The notes under the pieces were generated by a model. That model was not told the DNA's origin. It ran no database searches and saw only the letters and a list, made by a program, of their open reading frames with translations. The translations under genes were made by a program, and so were the position numbers. DNA of 64,000 nt from Methanotrichaceae archaeon (GTDB taxonomy: Archaea > Halobacteriota > Methanosarcinia > Methanotrichales > Methanotrichaceae). Where the stretch lies: the NCBI GenBank assembly GCA_963754945.1, contig CAVWIG010000015.1, positions 1-64,000 of the forward strand. Direction: 5' to 3'. Of this stretch, positions 31,540-41,694 are shown piece after piece (the stretch's first letter is position 1; every line of letters begins with the position of its first letter).

Positions 31540-31956
31540 TTATTTTCTTCGGCTCTCGACGATCTGCTTAGAGGCTGTCTCGGCTTCCAGCTCTCGGCGG
31601 CAGAACGGGCAGATCCTAACCCAGGATCGACCTGTCGAATCTGTCTGTAGATTGGCAGGAATGGTCTCTCTGATTCTCTTCAACAATGGCTCCGTCGCAA
31701 AGCCTTTCCCACACACTTCACAGGGTACCAGATCGAGAGAAACCTCTATGACGTCGGGCGTCTTGTCGCTGAAGGGAACCAGGGTCAAGGCCTTGGCAGG
31801 ACAAAACTCCACACAAATATCGCATTCTTCTTTGCACTTGGACCAGCGAATAGTCCTTTTTTTGCCCTCATCTTCCTCTCTCGTTATAAACTGATTAGGG
31901 CATATGTTGGAACACGCAAAGCAGCCCAAACACTTGTTGACATCAACCTGGATCAT
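31540..31956 (-). CDS. 4Fe-4S ferredoxin-like subunit
   Basis: CLGCFACSNICP, CKEECDICVEFCP, CEVC and CPFC motifs. Confidence 0.9.
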   Translation of the reverse strand: MIQVDVNKCLGCFACSNICPNQFITREEDEGKKRTIRWSKCKEECDICVEFCPAKALTLVPFSDKTPDVIEVSLDLVPCEVCGKGFATEPLLKRIRETIPANLQTDSTGRSWVRICPFCRRELEAETASKQIVESRRK

Positions 31957-32393
31957 CTTTTACCTCCCAGAATAGTGGCTCTGCCAGCTCTGGCCCTTGC
32001 TCTTTTGAGAGCAAGCTCATAGTCGTTTGACAGCGCCTGGGCCGGGCATGTGAGAACGCATGTCGGTGTCTCGTTGGGAGCGCACAGATCGCACTTGTGA
32101 GCCAGCTTGTCCGTCCACACAACCCCGAAGGGACATGCAAGCCGGCATAACCCACATCCAGTGCACTTGTCCAGGCTGAAGGAGGTGCGTTCTCCATCCT
32201 TGGTCAGGGCACCGCTATAGCAAGCCATGGTGCAGGCCGCCTCTTCGCAGTGGTGACAGAAGAGAGGGACTGATGCCCGGTCTTCACGGATGTGAACATT
32301 GACGTGGCCCTTGCCGCCATGAACGCGCTTGCAAGCCACCTCACAAGAACGGCAGCCTATGCACCGGTTGATATCTACGTAGACCCGCATCAT
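31953..32393 (-). CDS. HycB/FdhB-like four-[4Fe-4S] electron-transfer subunit
   Basis: CIGCRSCEVAC, CHHCEEAACTMAC, CTGCGLCRLACP and KCDLC...CVLTCP motifs. Confidence 0.92.
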   Translation of the reverse strand: MMRVYVDINRCIGCRSCEVACKRVHGGKGHVNVHIREDRASVPLFCHHCEEAACTMACYSGALTKDGERTSFSLDKCTGCGLCRLACPFGVVWTDKLAHKCDLCAPNETPTCVLTCPAQALSNDYELALKRARARAGRATILGGKR

Positions 32394-34430
32394 CTAATCC
32401 CTCCCGGATATCTTGCAGGCAGCCACCTTGAACTCAGGGATCTTGGCCTCCGCGTCCCTTGCGTCTGTGGTGAGGAGGTTTGTTCCTGGATAGTGGAAGG
32501 GCATGAAAACCACTCCCTGCTTTACGCTGTCCGTCACCCTGGCCAACGCACTCGTCTTCCCACGTTCTGTTGCTACCTCAACGCTATCGCCGTCTTTTAT
32601 CCCAAGTGGAGCTGCGTCCACTGGGTTTATCTCAACAAAGAGGTTCGGCGCTCGTTCCATCAGCGACGGGCTCCGTCGTGTCATGGAACCGGCATTGAAG
32701 TGTACGGCGATTCTGCCCGTAGTCAGGATGAGCGGATACTCGGTCCCTGTGTCCTCGGCTGCAGGCCTGTACTGGACTGGGGCTATCAACGCCCGACCGT
32801 CCTGCAGTTTGAAGCCCGCAGAGTGCAGAATGGGAGTGCCAGGATGGTCCGTGCTCGGGCACGGCCAGATGAGACCTCCAATTCCCAGGCGTTCCCGAGT
32901 TATTCCTTTGTAGGTCGGAACTAGTTTGTTGATCTCTGCCAGAACGGCAGCAGCATCTGGATAATCGAAATTCAGGCCCATGCTTTTTGCTACCATGCAA
33001 ACGATCTCCAGATCGCTCTTGGCCTCTCCCGGAGGTTCTATGGCACGGTTGGACCACTGGACTCTCCTTTCCGTGGAGGTATAGGTCCCCTCCTTCTCGG
33101 CCCACGAGGCTGCAGGGAGAACTACATTGGCGAGCCGGGCTGTAGCTGTCATGAATATATCCTGAACCACCAGGAAGTCCAAATTCTCAAGACAGTCCTT
33201 TATGTGGGAACTATACGGATCGGAATTAGCTGGGTCCTCGCCCACGATGTACATGGCCTTGAGCTGACCCTCGCAAGCCGCATCCATCATCTCTGTGGCA
33301 GCTAAGCCTCGGCCTACTGGAAGCAAGGTGGTGCCCCAGGCCTGGCCAAAGAACTTCGCAGTCTCGGGATCGTCGGACTTTCTGTAACCGGGATAGAACT
33401 CAGCCAGAGCGCCCATGTCACAGGCTCCCTGGACGTTGTTATGGCCACGCAGAGGAAGAACGCCCGTGCCCTCCTTCCCGATCTGGCCGGAGATCAGAGC
33501 AAGGTTGGCGACGGATTGGACGTTGTCCGTACCGGAGGTATGCTGGGTTATTCCCATGGAGTAGACGATCGCCGATGCCGGGGATTGGGCATACATCTTT
33601 GCAGCCTTGATTATATCCTTTACAGGGACTCCGGTTATATCTGCAGCTCTCTCTGGTGTGTAGTCCTTTACCGCTTCGGCTAGGTCCTCGAAACCCCTGG
33701 TACTCTTGGATATGAAGGCTTTATCGACGAGGTTCTCGTCTATGATCACCTTCATCATGGCGTTCAGAAGGGCCACATCGGTTCCTGGCTTGAGCTGCAG
33801 GAAAAGATCTGCCAACCAGGCGGTGTGAGTCAGCCTGGGATCGGCTACGATCACCTGGGCTCCCGAGTCCTTAGCCCTGTGAATCCATCGGGACAGGATT
33901 GCGTGGTTCTCAGCCAGGTTGGACCCTATGATGAATATGCATTTGGAGTTGGCCAGATCGGAGATGGGATTGGTCATTCCAGCCGCTCCCAGGGTTCTGT
34001 TCAAACCGACTACGGAGGGTGCGTGGCAGAGACGTGCGCAATTGTCCACATTTCTGGACCCGAGTGTCCGGGCCAGCTTCTGGATAAGGTAGTTTTCCTC
34101 GTTGGTGCACTTCGATGAGGAGAGGAAACCAACTGAATCGGGTCCACTATTTTTGATGGCCCTGCCCAGGCCTTTGGAGACGAGCTCCAGAGCCTCATCC
34201 CAAGAAATCCTAGTCCACTCGTATCCGTTTCTCTTCATTGGATAGAGCAGCCTATCCGCACTGTAGACGACCTCCAGAGCAGCATTGCCCTTGGGACAGA
34301 GGGACCCTTCGTTGGCTGGATGCTCTGGCATATACTCGATCCCCGTAGCTTGACCCTTCTCGACTGCGACATAAAACCCGCAGCCTGCAGCACAATACGG
34401 ACAGATCGTTGAAACAAGCGATTTCGACAT
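32394..34430 (-). CDS. fdhF: Mo/W formate dehydrogenase catalytic subunit (Cys-type, no export signal seen)
   Basis: CPYCAAGC...LCPKG, NCARLCHAPS, PLRGHNNVQG, EKEGTYTSTERR, LTTGR and KIPEFK motifs. Confidence 0.95.
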   Translation of the reverse strand: MSKSLVSTICPYCAAGCGFYVAVEKGQATGIEYMPEHPANEGSLCPKGNAALEVVYSADRLLYPMKRNGYEWTRISWDEALELVSKGLGRAIKNSGPDSVGFLSSSKCTNEENYLIQKLARTLGSRNVDNCARLCHAPSVVGLNRTLGAAGMTNPISDLANSKCIFIIGSNLAENHAILSRWIHRAKDSGAQVIVADPRLTHTAWLADLFLQLKPGTDVALLNAMMKVIIDENLVDKAFISKSTRGFEDLAEAVKDYTPERAADITGVPVKDIIKAAKMYAQSPASAIVYSMGITQHTSGTDNVQSVANLALISGQIGKEGTGVLPLRGHNNVQGACDMGALAEFYPGYRKSDDPETAKFFGQAWGTTLLPVGRGLAATEMMDAACEGQLKAMYIVGEDPANSDPYSSHIKDCLENLDFLVVQDIFMTATARLANVVLPAASWAEKEGTYTSTERRVQWSNRAIEPPGEAKSDLEIVCMVAKSMGLNFDYPDAAAVLAEINKLVPTYKGITRERLGIGGLIWPCPSTDHPGTPILHSAGFKLQDGRALIAPVQYRPAAEDTGTEYPLILTTGRIAVHFNAGSMTRRSPSLMERAPNLFVEINPVDAAPLGIKDGDSVEVATERGKTSALARVTDSVKQGVVFMPFHYPGTNLLTTDARDAEAKIPEFKVAACKISGRD

Positions 34431-34715
34431 CTATCTCCCTTGTGGCGATCTCGTTAAATATGAATTCGAGGCCGTAAGCAAGGCGATCCTTGCATTTGCC
34501 TCTGATGGCTCCTTGGTGACATATCCACTGCAGTGGCAGTGACGTGGTGCTTTTTGCAATGATTTCTGGTTCATGCGAGGTTCGGGACGCGGATTGCGTA
34601 GGATCTCGCAAGCATCCTATCCCTCAAACATGTTCAAAGCTATATCCCTTGCGGGCGCAAGATGCCTTTTTCATAATTTTCTAAATGCTTGCCGGGTGCA
34701 TTTCTCGCCACTCGA

Positions 34716-35219
34716 TCAGGCCCTCGATCTCTGAATCTCGGCTGTTTTGAGGCCGGCGTCCCTGCTGGCAACATCAGCGAGCTGCCCTTCATCCAGGAAG
34801 ATCAGAGTTCCTGTTGGACATGCGTTAACGCAGGCCGGGATCTCAAGGTCCTTGCAGCGATCGCACTTCAGGGCGATTCTCTCTTCCTTTTCCCTGCCGA
34901 CTACGCCGTAGGTGCAGATAGTAGCGCAGACCCAGCAGCCCACGCACTTGTCACGGTCTTTCGTGACGATGCCCGTGACGTCGTCCTTGGATGTGGCACC
35001 CGTCCTGCACACGGCCACACACGGAGCTTCATCGCAGTGGTGGCAGAGTAGGGGCATCCTCTGGCCCCCAATCATCTCAACGTAAAGCCTCTTCCTCGGC
35101 TCCGGCTTATCGGCGAGGGCACCGAAGAGATTCTTGCTGCCCGAGTGCTGCACGGCACAGGCGATCTCACAAGAACGGCATCCCATGCAGCGTTCAGGAC
35201 GGACGAATATCTCCAACAT
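34716..35219 (-). CDS. cooF: CooF-like Fe-S protein
   Basis: CMGCRSCEIAC, CHHCDEAPCVAVC, CVGCWVCATIC, KCDRC...CVNACP; 9 bp downstream of cooS. Confidence 0.9.
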   Translation of the reverse strand: MLEIFVRPERCMGCRSCEIACAVQHSGSKNLFGALADKPEPRKRLYVEMIGGQRMPLLCHHCDEAPCVAVCRTGATSKDDVTGIVTKDRDKCVGCWVCATICTYGVVGREKEERIALKCDRCKDLEIPACVNACPTGTLIFLDEGQLADVASRDAGLKTAEIQRSRA

Positions 35220-35228
35220 AAGCAGCCC

Positions 35229-37076
35229 TCAAAGCCCCAGCTTTTTGCGCTTGCTCTCGATGTGGTCAATAATCAGCTTCGCAGCCTTGAAGGGGTCCGG
35301 CTCCACGGCAAAGGCTCCACCGGTGACGCCCTTTATCCCCTCAGTCAGCAAGCTTGTCACACCTTGGCTCCCCAAGATCGGTGGAATGGTGCCCAGAACG
35401 GTATAGACTCCTGAAGCCACCACATAAGCACCGATTGACACCGCCTTCTCGCTCATCCACTCCGGAGCCGCAGCCGCGGCTGGAAGGTCGCTGATGTCAC
35501 AACCTAGAGCATCGGCCATGGCAGCGCAGGCTACCATTATCCTGCTGATGTCCACACAAGAGCCCATGTGCAGTACGGGCGGCACTCCGATGGCTTTACA
35601 GACGGTCTTCAGGCCATCGCCGGCCAGATCGGCGGCCTCGGGCAACAGCAGTCCGGCCTTTGCGCAAGCCTGGGCATTGCAGCCAGTAGTGACCACGAGA
35701 ACGTTGTTCTTTATCAGCTCCTTGACGAGGTTAACATGGCCGTAGTCCTGCTTCACTTTTGGATTGTTGCAACCGACGACCGCTGCCACGCCACGGATAG
35801 CTCCACCGGCGACGACGTCCAGCAACGGCTTTAGCGTTCCTCCTAGAGCACCAACGATGGCCTCCACGCTGAAGCCTACAACGGCCTCAGACTTGATGTC
35901 GGGAATATGGACCTTTGCGGGGTCGCGTAGACGGTAGTTTAAGACCGCCGTCTGGACGATCTGCTTGGCAGTCTCAAAGGCGCTCTCCTCCTTGAACTCC
36001 ATATGCGTTGCGCCTGGGAACTTTGCTTTTTGCGATGTAGAGATGAACTTGGTGTGGAAGCAGCCAGCCAGCGCGCCCAGGGCTGGCATGACGCACTGGA
36101 CGTCCACAACCATGGCGTCCACAGCTCCTGTGGCCACCGCAAGCTCCTGTTGGAGGAAGTTGCCGGCGATTGGTACGCCATGGCGCGCTAAGACCTCGTT
36201 CCCGGTACAGCACATGCCGGCCACGTTGATGCCTTTGGCTCCCTGATTCTTGGCTAGGTCTACAAGCTCGGGATCGCTGGCTGCTGCGACTATCATTTCG
36301 GACAGAAGGGGCTCATGACCGTGGACTACGATGTTGACCTTGTCGGCCTCCAGGACTCCCAAGTTGGCCTGGGAGCGGACGGGCGTTGGTGTGCCGAACA
36401 TGACGTCCTGCAGCTCAGTTGCGATCATGGAACCGCCCCAGCCGTCGGCCAAGCTCGTCCGCAGGCCGTGAAGCAGCAGGTTGACGTGATCATTGTCAAC
36501 ACCCATGGTTGTCCTGTGCATGCACTCCACTATCTCTCGATCGATTCCCCTTGGATCAATGCCCAGTTTCTTCCACAGCTCCTGGCGCTTTGCGGGAGCA
36601 CGACGAGTGAACTGGATCGGACCTTCCTGCTTTCCAAACTCTGCCATTACAGCGTTGGCTAGATCGATCTGGGTGGATACCCCGTACTCTTTCATCAGCC
36701 GGTCGAGCTTGGCTTGGTCCTTGACCTGATAGGATGGCGCTTTGCCCTCAGACATCAGCTTGAAAGTATGGGCCACATCCCTCGCGTGGTCCGAGTGGGC
36801 TGAAGCCCCGGCGGCAATAGCTCGCAGAAGGTTACGGGCAACGATGATGTCTGCTGTAGCACCGCATACGCCTTTTGTAGCCGCCTCCCCAAAGGGATCA
36901 ATGCGGCAGGGACCCATGTTGCAGTTGCGGCAGCACAGGCCAAGTTCTCCGAAACCGCATTGTGGTTGCTGCTTTTCTAACCGATCCCATGCGGTTTCCA
37001 GGCCAGCCTTGTGAACGATGGCCAGCATTTCCTGGCTGGCAGGGTCTATTGATCTCTCTTTGATGTTCGTGACCAT
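35229..37076 (-). CDS. cooS: anaerobic Ni-CO dehydrogenase catalytic subunit
   Basis: QCGFG..GLCCRNCNMGPC, HSDH, HGHEP, MCCTGNE, DVQC, GCNN, TGC, GSCVD and WMSEKA motifs. Confidence 0.96.
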   Translation of the reverse strand: MVTNIKERSIDPASQEMLAIVHKAGLETAWDRLEKQQPQCGFGELGLCCRNCNMGPCRIDPFGEAATKGVCGATADIIVARNLLRAIAAGASAHSDHARDVAHTFKLMSEGKAPSYQVKDQAKLDRLMKEYGVSTQIDLANAVMAEFGKQEGPIQFTRRAPAKRQELWKKLGIDPRGIDREIVECMHRTTMGVDNDHVNLLLHGLRTSLADGWGGSMIATELQDVMFGTPTPVRSQANLGVLEADKVNIVVHGHEPLLSEMIVAAASDPELVDLAKNQGAKGINVAGMCCTGNEVLARHGVPIAGNFLQQELAVATGAVDAMVVDVQCVMPALGALAGCFHTKFISTSQKAKFPGATHMEFKEESAFETAKQIVQTAVLNYRLRDPAKVHIPDIKSEAVVGFSVEAIVGALGGTLKPLLDVVAGGAIRGVAAVVGCNNPKVKQDYGHVNLVKELIKNNVLVVTTGCNAQACAKAGLLLPEAADLAGDGLKTVCKAIGVPPVLHMGSCVDISRIMVACAAMADALGCDISDLPAAAAAPEWMSEKAVSIGAYVVASGVYTVLGTIPPILGSQGVTSLLTEGIKGVTGGAFAVEPDPFKAAKLIIDHIESKRKKLGL

Positions 37077-37504
37077 GAATAATCCTCTTTTTATAATCAT
37101 TGTTGTTTATAAACAGTGCCTCTTCCGACCTGAAACTACTTAAGCTTATCTTTATTATTTTAAAATATTTATCTTGATTTGATATTGCACAATAACTTAA
37201 AAATTTTGTTACTCATCATGATCATACAATTATCTAAATTAAATGCGATCTGGCCTTTTTTGACGATTGTAAATAAGAGCTTTTTCTAGCTAAATTTTCT
37301 CGCTAATATTTCTACCAGATATTTAAACTTGATTCATAAACTTCCAAATTTTTGATTAATTTTCTGCGTAATTCCGCGACCACATCATTCAGACAACTCT
37401 TGGCAATTATCTCTTGATGAGTCGAAACTGAAGTGACGATCCAGTTAGCAAAGCTTCGCTCAATTGATAGAGACTCTCAATGACCTGATAGACACAAGGA
37501 TTGA

Positions 37505-39514
37505 CTATTTTTTTTTCATCCAGGGCGGTGTCGGTATTTTCAGAGATCGAAATCTATTTCCGTTATTGGTCTGCTTTTTTTTGGATTCTTGGGACTGGGC
37601 TGAGACTTTTGTGTAGATGTCATTTTTGCTATTGTCTCCTGCGTGATTCTGAGATATTTCCGTCCCATTGTTAAACGACGACATGGCTGAGAGAGATGAT
37701 CTTCCTTGGCTTTGTCCAGTTTTTGTGAGATTGTTACTGAGGTCGTTGTTAGGTTCTTGGATTTTGTTGGAGATGTTATTTTTGGCTAGTACAACTCTTG
37801 TGCTCGATTCAGAGGAGTTCGAGTGGCCTTTAAGGTTTCCAAAACCTTCATTGATCTTGTTTGATCCGACATTTGATGATTTATCTGGCGTATTATTGAC
37901 TGAAACATTGTCGTCGCGCACCTTTGATACAATGGGGGTTAGTTTGCCCCTTTTATCCTGCACAGAAAGCATCGATTCGTTCTGGGCTTTTTTATCCTTG
38001 ATTGCGCTGTCGTTTGTCGTTAGGTTGAAGGTACCATTCTCTATGTAAGTTTTATCGTTTATAAGATCCGATTCTTTGGGGGCTGATACTGCCGAACCAT
38101 TTTTGTCAGAAGCGATTCTTCCTTCTGTCTCTGTAGGTTTCGAAGTCGTAGAACTCGTCTGAGGCCGCGCAGAATCTGTAGAACCAGAAGAGGGGTTATC
38201 AAATGAAAGGTTGGGTCTCCCTGAGATAAAAAGATAAGAGCTGCTTCTACTCTCATTACCTCCAAGTTTCGCGTCAGGAAGAACATTTGAGATGTTACTG
38301 GTCGGATAAGAGTCCCTCTGCTGTTCATTCCCTTTTGATTCATTTGTCAGCGATTCAACTATCTGTGAATCGTTCATCCGAGTCTCATTCATCCGAGATT
38401 CAATGATCTGGGTTTGATTTATCCGGGATTCAGTCAATTGAGATTCGTTTGTCTGAGATTCGTCTATTCGGGTATCGTTTACTCGGGATTCATTAGTCCG
38501 GGTTTCATTCATCCGAGTCTCGTTTATCGGGGATTCGCTGACCTGGGTTTGATTTATCCGGGATTCAGTCAATTGAGATTCGTTTGTCTGAGATTCGTCT
38601 ATTCGGGTATCGTTTACTCGGGATTCATTAGTCCCGGTTTCATTCATCTGAGTCTCGTTTATCGGGGATTCGCTGACCTGGGTTTGATTTATCCGGGATT
38701 CAGTCAATTGAGATTCGTTTGTCTGAGATTCGTCTATTTGGGTATCGTTTACCCGGGATTCATTAGTCCGGGTTTCATTCATCCGAATCTCGTTTGTCTG
38801 AGATTCGTCCACTTGGGTATCGTTTACCCGAGATTCGTTAATCTGGGTTTCGTTCATCTGAAAATCGTTATTCTGAGGTTGATTTCCACCAATTGCGTTA
38901 AATGGAACTGCATCAGCTCTGTCAGCCTGATATGCAACACTTTTATCTTTCGAAGGGTTATATTCCCAGCACTTAACAGGCGTATCTGAGCCGCTATCGA
39001 GATCTGAGCTTCCTATTATGGGAGCGCTGGCTTTCTTTGCTGATTGAACAAGCCTTTGGGCTCGCGATGAGTTTGATGAGTTCAAAGATATCTGCTGATG
39101 GTTGAGATTTTTCATGCTGGCATTAGTCTCTTTTGCCTTAGGGACCCTATTCTTAGCCATTAGAGCCCGGGCTTTATAGCTATTGACTGCTGCTTTTTTG
39201 GCTGCCGCGCTGTTTAGAGAATTTATTCCCAGAATAGATTTGAATTGATCCATCAGCCTTATGCCATTTTCCTGCCAGGTCTTTATCGCCTTTATGCTTC
39301 CTTGAGGGACCTTGAGATCGAATCCGGTGAATGGTCCCTTGTGGGATGTGTTTGATTTGAAAGAGAGGATATCGGATAACAGGAAAGCACCCATGGCGAT
39401 CAAACAGATCAGCGCCAAGGCCAGGAAAATGTTAAACATCTTCGGATGTTTCTGAATTAAGCCTTTGCTAACTGAGCTATATATGGTGCTTCTTGTTTTC
39501 TCCGGATCCCTCAT
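37505..39514 (-). CDS. N-terminally membrane-anchored Asn/Ser/Thr-rich repeat protein (probable glycoprotein)
   Basis: One hydrophobic helix (IFLALALICLIAMGAFLL), dozens of N-x-S/T sequons. Confidence 0.8.
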   Translation of the reverse strand: MRDPEKTRSTIYSSVSKGLIQKHPKMFNIFLALALICLIAMGAFLLSDILSFKSNTSHKGPFTGFDLKVPQGSIKAIKTWQENGIRLMDQFKSILGINSLNSAAAKKAAVNSYKARALMAKNRVPKAKETNASMKNLNHQQISLNSSNSSRAQRLVQSAKKASAPIIGSSDLDSGSDTPVKCWEYNPSKDKSVAYQADRADAVPFNAIGGNQPQNNDFQMNETQINESRVNDTQVDESQTNEIRMNETRTNESRVNDTQIDESQTNESQLTESRINQTQVSESPINETQMNETGTNESRVNDTRIDESQTNESQLTESRINQTQVSESPINETRMNETRTNESRVNDTRIDESQTNESQLTESRINQTQIIESRMNETRMNDSQIVESLTNESKGNEQQRDSYPTSNISNVLPDAKLGGNESRSSSYLFISGRPNLSFDNPSSGSTDSARPQTSSTTSKPTETEGRIASDKNGSAVSAPKESDLINDKTYIENGTFNLTTNDSAIKDKKAQNESMLSVQDKRGKLTPIVSKVRDDNVSVNNTPDKSSNVGSNKINEGFGNLKGHSNSSESSTRVVLAKNNISNKIQEPNNDLSNNLTKTGQSQGRSSLSAMSSFNNGTEISQNHAGDNSKNDIYTKVSAQSQESKKKQTNNGNRFRSLKIPTPPWMKKK
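38340..38860 (-). repeat. intragenic 15-bp pentapeptide repeats (NE[T/S]xx) arranged in 135-bp higher-order units
   Basis: GGTTTGATTTATCCGGGATTCAGTC recurs at 38411, 38546 and 38681. Confidence 0.92.
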
Positions 39515-39893
39515 ACATTACATGATATTTTTTTAAGTTTATAACATTTACGCTTGAAAAAATTCTGAAGTTGACTTAGATTCGAGCCGCCTTAGAATAA
39601 GCGTGAATGCTTCTCAATATACGAATACCTCGCTGGGTCTGGTTTTCTTTTTTCCTTGCTTAATGAGTATCAATGTCTCATATTAAATAAATTAAATAGA
39701 TTAAAAAACAAATTGATAAAGTACTCGCCCTTAACTCGTCGGCCCCTCCTTCCAGAAAGATGGAACTTCTCGGCCATGCCCACTAAACAAGGACGAGGCA
39801 CTTAAGTCGTATAGATCTTGTATGAGGTCGCGAGGAAAGATCTATGCGAGATCATCTGGGTTTTTAAAGGTTAATCCTTTTAAAGGAAATGAA

Positions 39894-40700
39894 ATGCGAT
39901 TAAGGGAACGACTTAAGGGGATCATTCCGGAAGATGATTTAGCTCGTCTCTCAAACCGGTTTCACGTCGTCGGAGATATAGCGATAGTCTCAGTCCCTCC
40001 AGAAATAGAGATCTATAAGATGGAAATCGCAAAAACCATAGTCTCTGGACACAGAAACATAAGAACCGTTCTCAACAAGGTCTCCAAGATTGACGGCGAT
40101 CGGAGGGTGGCAAGCTTTGAGATGTTGGCGGGCAATAAAACTGTAACCCTACACCGAGAGTTCGGATTCGTATACAGGTTAGATGTGCGCAAGGTCTTCT
40201 TCAACAGCCACCTTGGCTACGAAAGAAGGAGAGTGGCCCAGAAAGTCAAATCCGGGGAAAGAGTGCTCATTCCCTTCGCTGGAGTGGGTCCTTTTGCAGT
40301 GCCCGTAGCTGCTAATTGTGCCAGGGTTGTGGCCATTGAGTCGAATTCGGAGGCGTGCAAGTGGCTGGTCGAGAACGCCAGTTTGAACAGAGTAGAAAAT
40401 AACATCGATTTAATTAGAGGGGATGCTCTCAGCGTTGCTAATTTGCTAAATTTTAAAGATCTTAAATTCGATAGAGCAATTATACCAACGCCCTATGGAA
40501 TGGATCAGATTCTAGATATCTTATTGCCTTTGGTTAAGAAAGGATGCACAATCCATTTTTACACCTTCAAGAAAAAGCATCAGATAGATGGTCTAATTGC
40601 AAAATATGAAAATGAGGGGTTAAATGTCGAATTTCATCGCAGTTGCGGTAACGTGGCTCCTGGTGTATGCCGGTGGGTTTTTGATATGGTAAAAAGCTAA
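39894..40700 (+). CDS. Trm5/Met-10-like SAM-dependent tRNA methyltransferase
   Basis: FHVVGDIAI, HREFG...LDVRKVFFN..L.YERRR and FAGVGPFAV motifs. Confidence 0.88.
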   Translation: MRLRERLKGIIPEDDLARLSNRFHVVGDIAIVSVPPEIEIYKMEIAKTIVSGHRNIRTVLNKVSKIDGDRRVASFEMLAGNKTVTLHREFGFVYRLDVRKVFFNSHLGYERRRVAQKVKSGERVLIPFAGVGPFAVPVAANCARVVAIESNSEACKWLVENASLNRVENNIDLIRGDALSVANLLNFKDLKFDRAIIPTPYGMDQILDILLPLVKKGCTIHFYTFKKKHQIDGLIAKYENEGLNVEFHRSCGNVAPGVCRWVFDMVKS

Positions 40701-40758
40701 GGTGCAGAAAATAGCAGAAGAATCGTAGAAGAACAATAACAGAAATAAGAGGCATACT

Positions 40759-41630
40759 ATGCAGATTTCCGACAAAATTCACGCACTTAAGGTCCCTTTC
40801 CAGATTACTGACCGATCCGGCCTGAAGGTCCCGCGGTTTGTTTACGTTTACCTCATCCATGGCGAAAAGACGTGTCTTATCGATAGCGGAGTCGCATCCT
40901 CGGAGCAATTCATATTCGATTATATCAGGAATACGGGAAGACAGCCTGAGGAGATTTCTCTGCTCGTCCTTACCCATTCTCATCCCGACCACATCGGGCC
41001 GCCCTGGCAATAAAAAAGGCATCAGGCTGTGCCGTCGCAGCGCCTGCGGCCGAGAAAGCCTGGATCGAAGATGTTGACCTGCAATCCAGAGAGCGTCCTG
41101 TCCCAGGCTTTCATTCTTTGGTTGGAGGATCGGTCAAGGTGGACCGTGTGCTTGAGGAAGGTGACATCTTGGACCTGGGCGACAGCTTGAACCTGGAAGT
41201 CATTCACACTCCCGGTCACTCCATAGGCTCGATCTCCCTATGGCTAGCAGAAGATGGGGTGCTTTTCTCCGGAGACGCAATTCCACTGCCGGGAGAGATG
41301 CCCATATACGACGATCCTCTGGCATCCGTCAAATCCATCAAGAGGCTGAAGGCTATCGTTGGAATCAAGTTTCTGCTCTCCGCTTGGGATCAGCCCAGGG
41401 AAGGGGAGCAGGCATACCGGATTATGGAAGAAAGCCTGCGCTATCTTCAGCGCATCCATGAGGCAGTTATCAAGATCTCAAGAGGGCAGCAAACGCTCGA
41501 TTCTATGGAGCTGACCAAAAGTGTCCTGAAAGAGCTGGGACTGCCGGAGACGATGGCAAATCCAATTGTTGCCAGGTCTTTCCTGGCCAACTTGAAGGTT
41601 CGCAACCATCAGAACCTGCTACAAGATTAA
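40759..41630 (+). pseudogene. metallo-beta-lactamase-fold hydrolase, single frameshift near 40998
   Basis: LIDSG, THSHPDHIG then frame change, HTPGHSIGS, FSGDAI. Confidence 0.85.
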
Positions 41631-41694
41631 GACCATAAGATAGACCATAAAGATAAACCGCCAAGACAGACATTGACTTAACAGGAGAAGACCG

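Noticed and set aside
32394-34430. Selenocysteine formate dehydrogenase
   Set aside because: Active site reads NCARLCH with Cys and the ORF has no internal TGA
34252-34611. ORF bridging cooF and fdhA
   Set aside because: Overlaps fdhA out of frame, non-ATG start, no recognisable motif
38340-38860. Possible CRISPR array
   Set aside because: Contiguous in-frame coding repeats with no unique spacers and no cas genes
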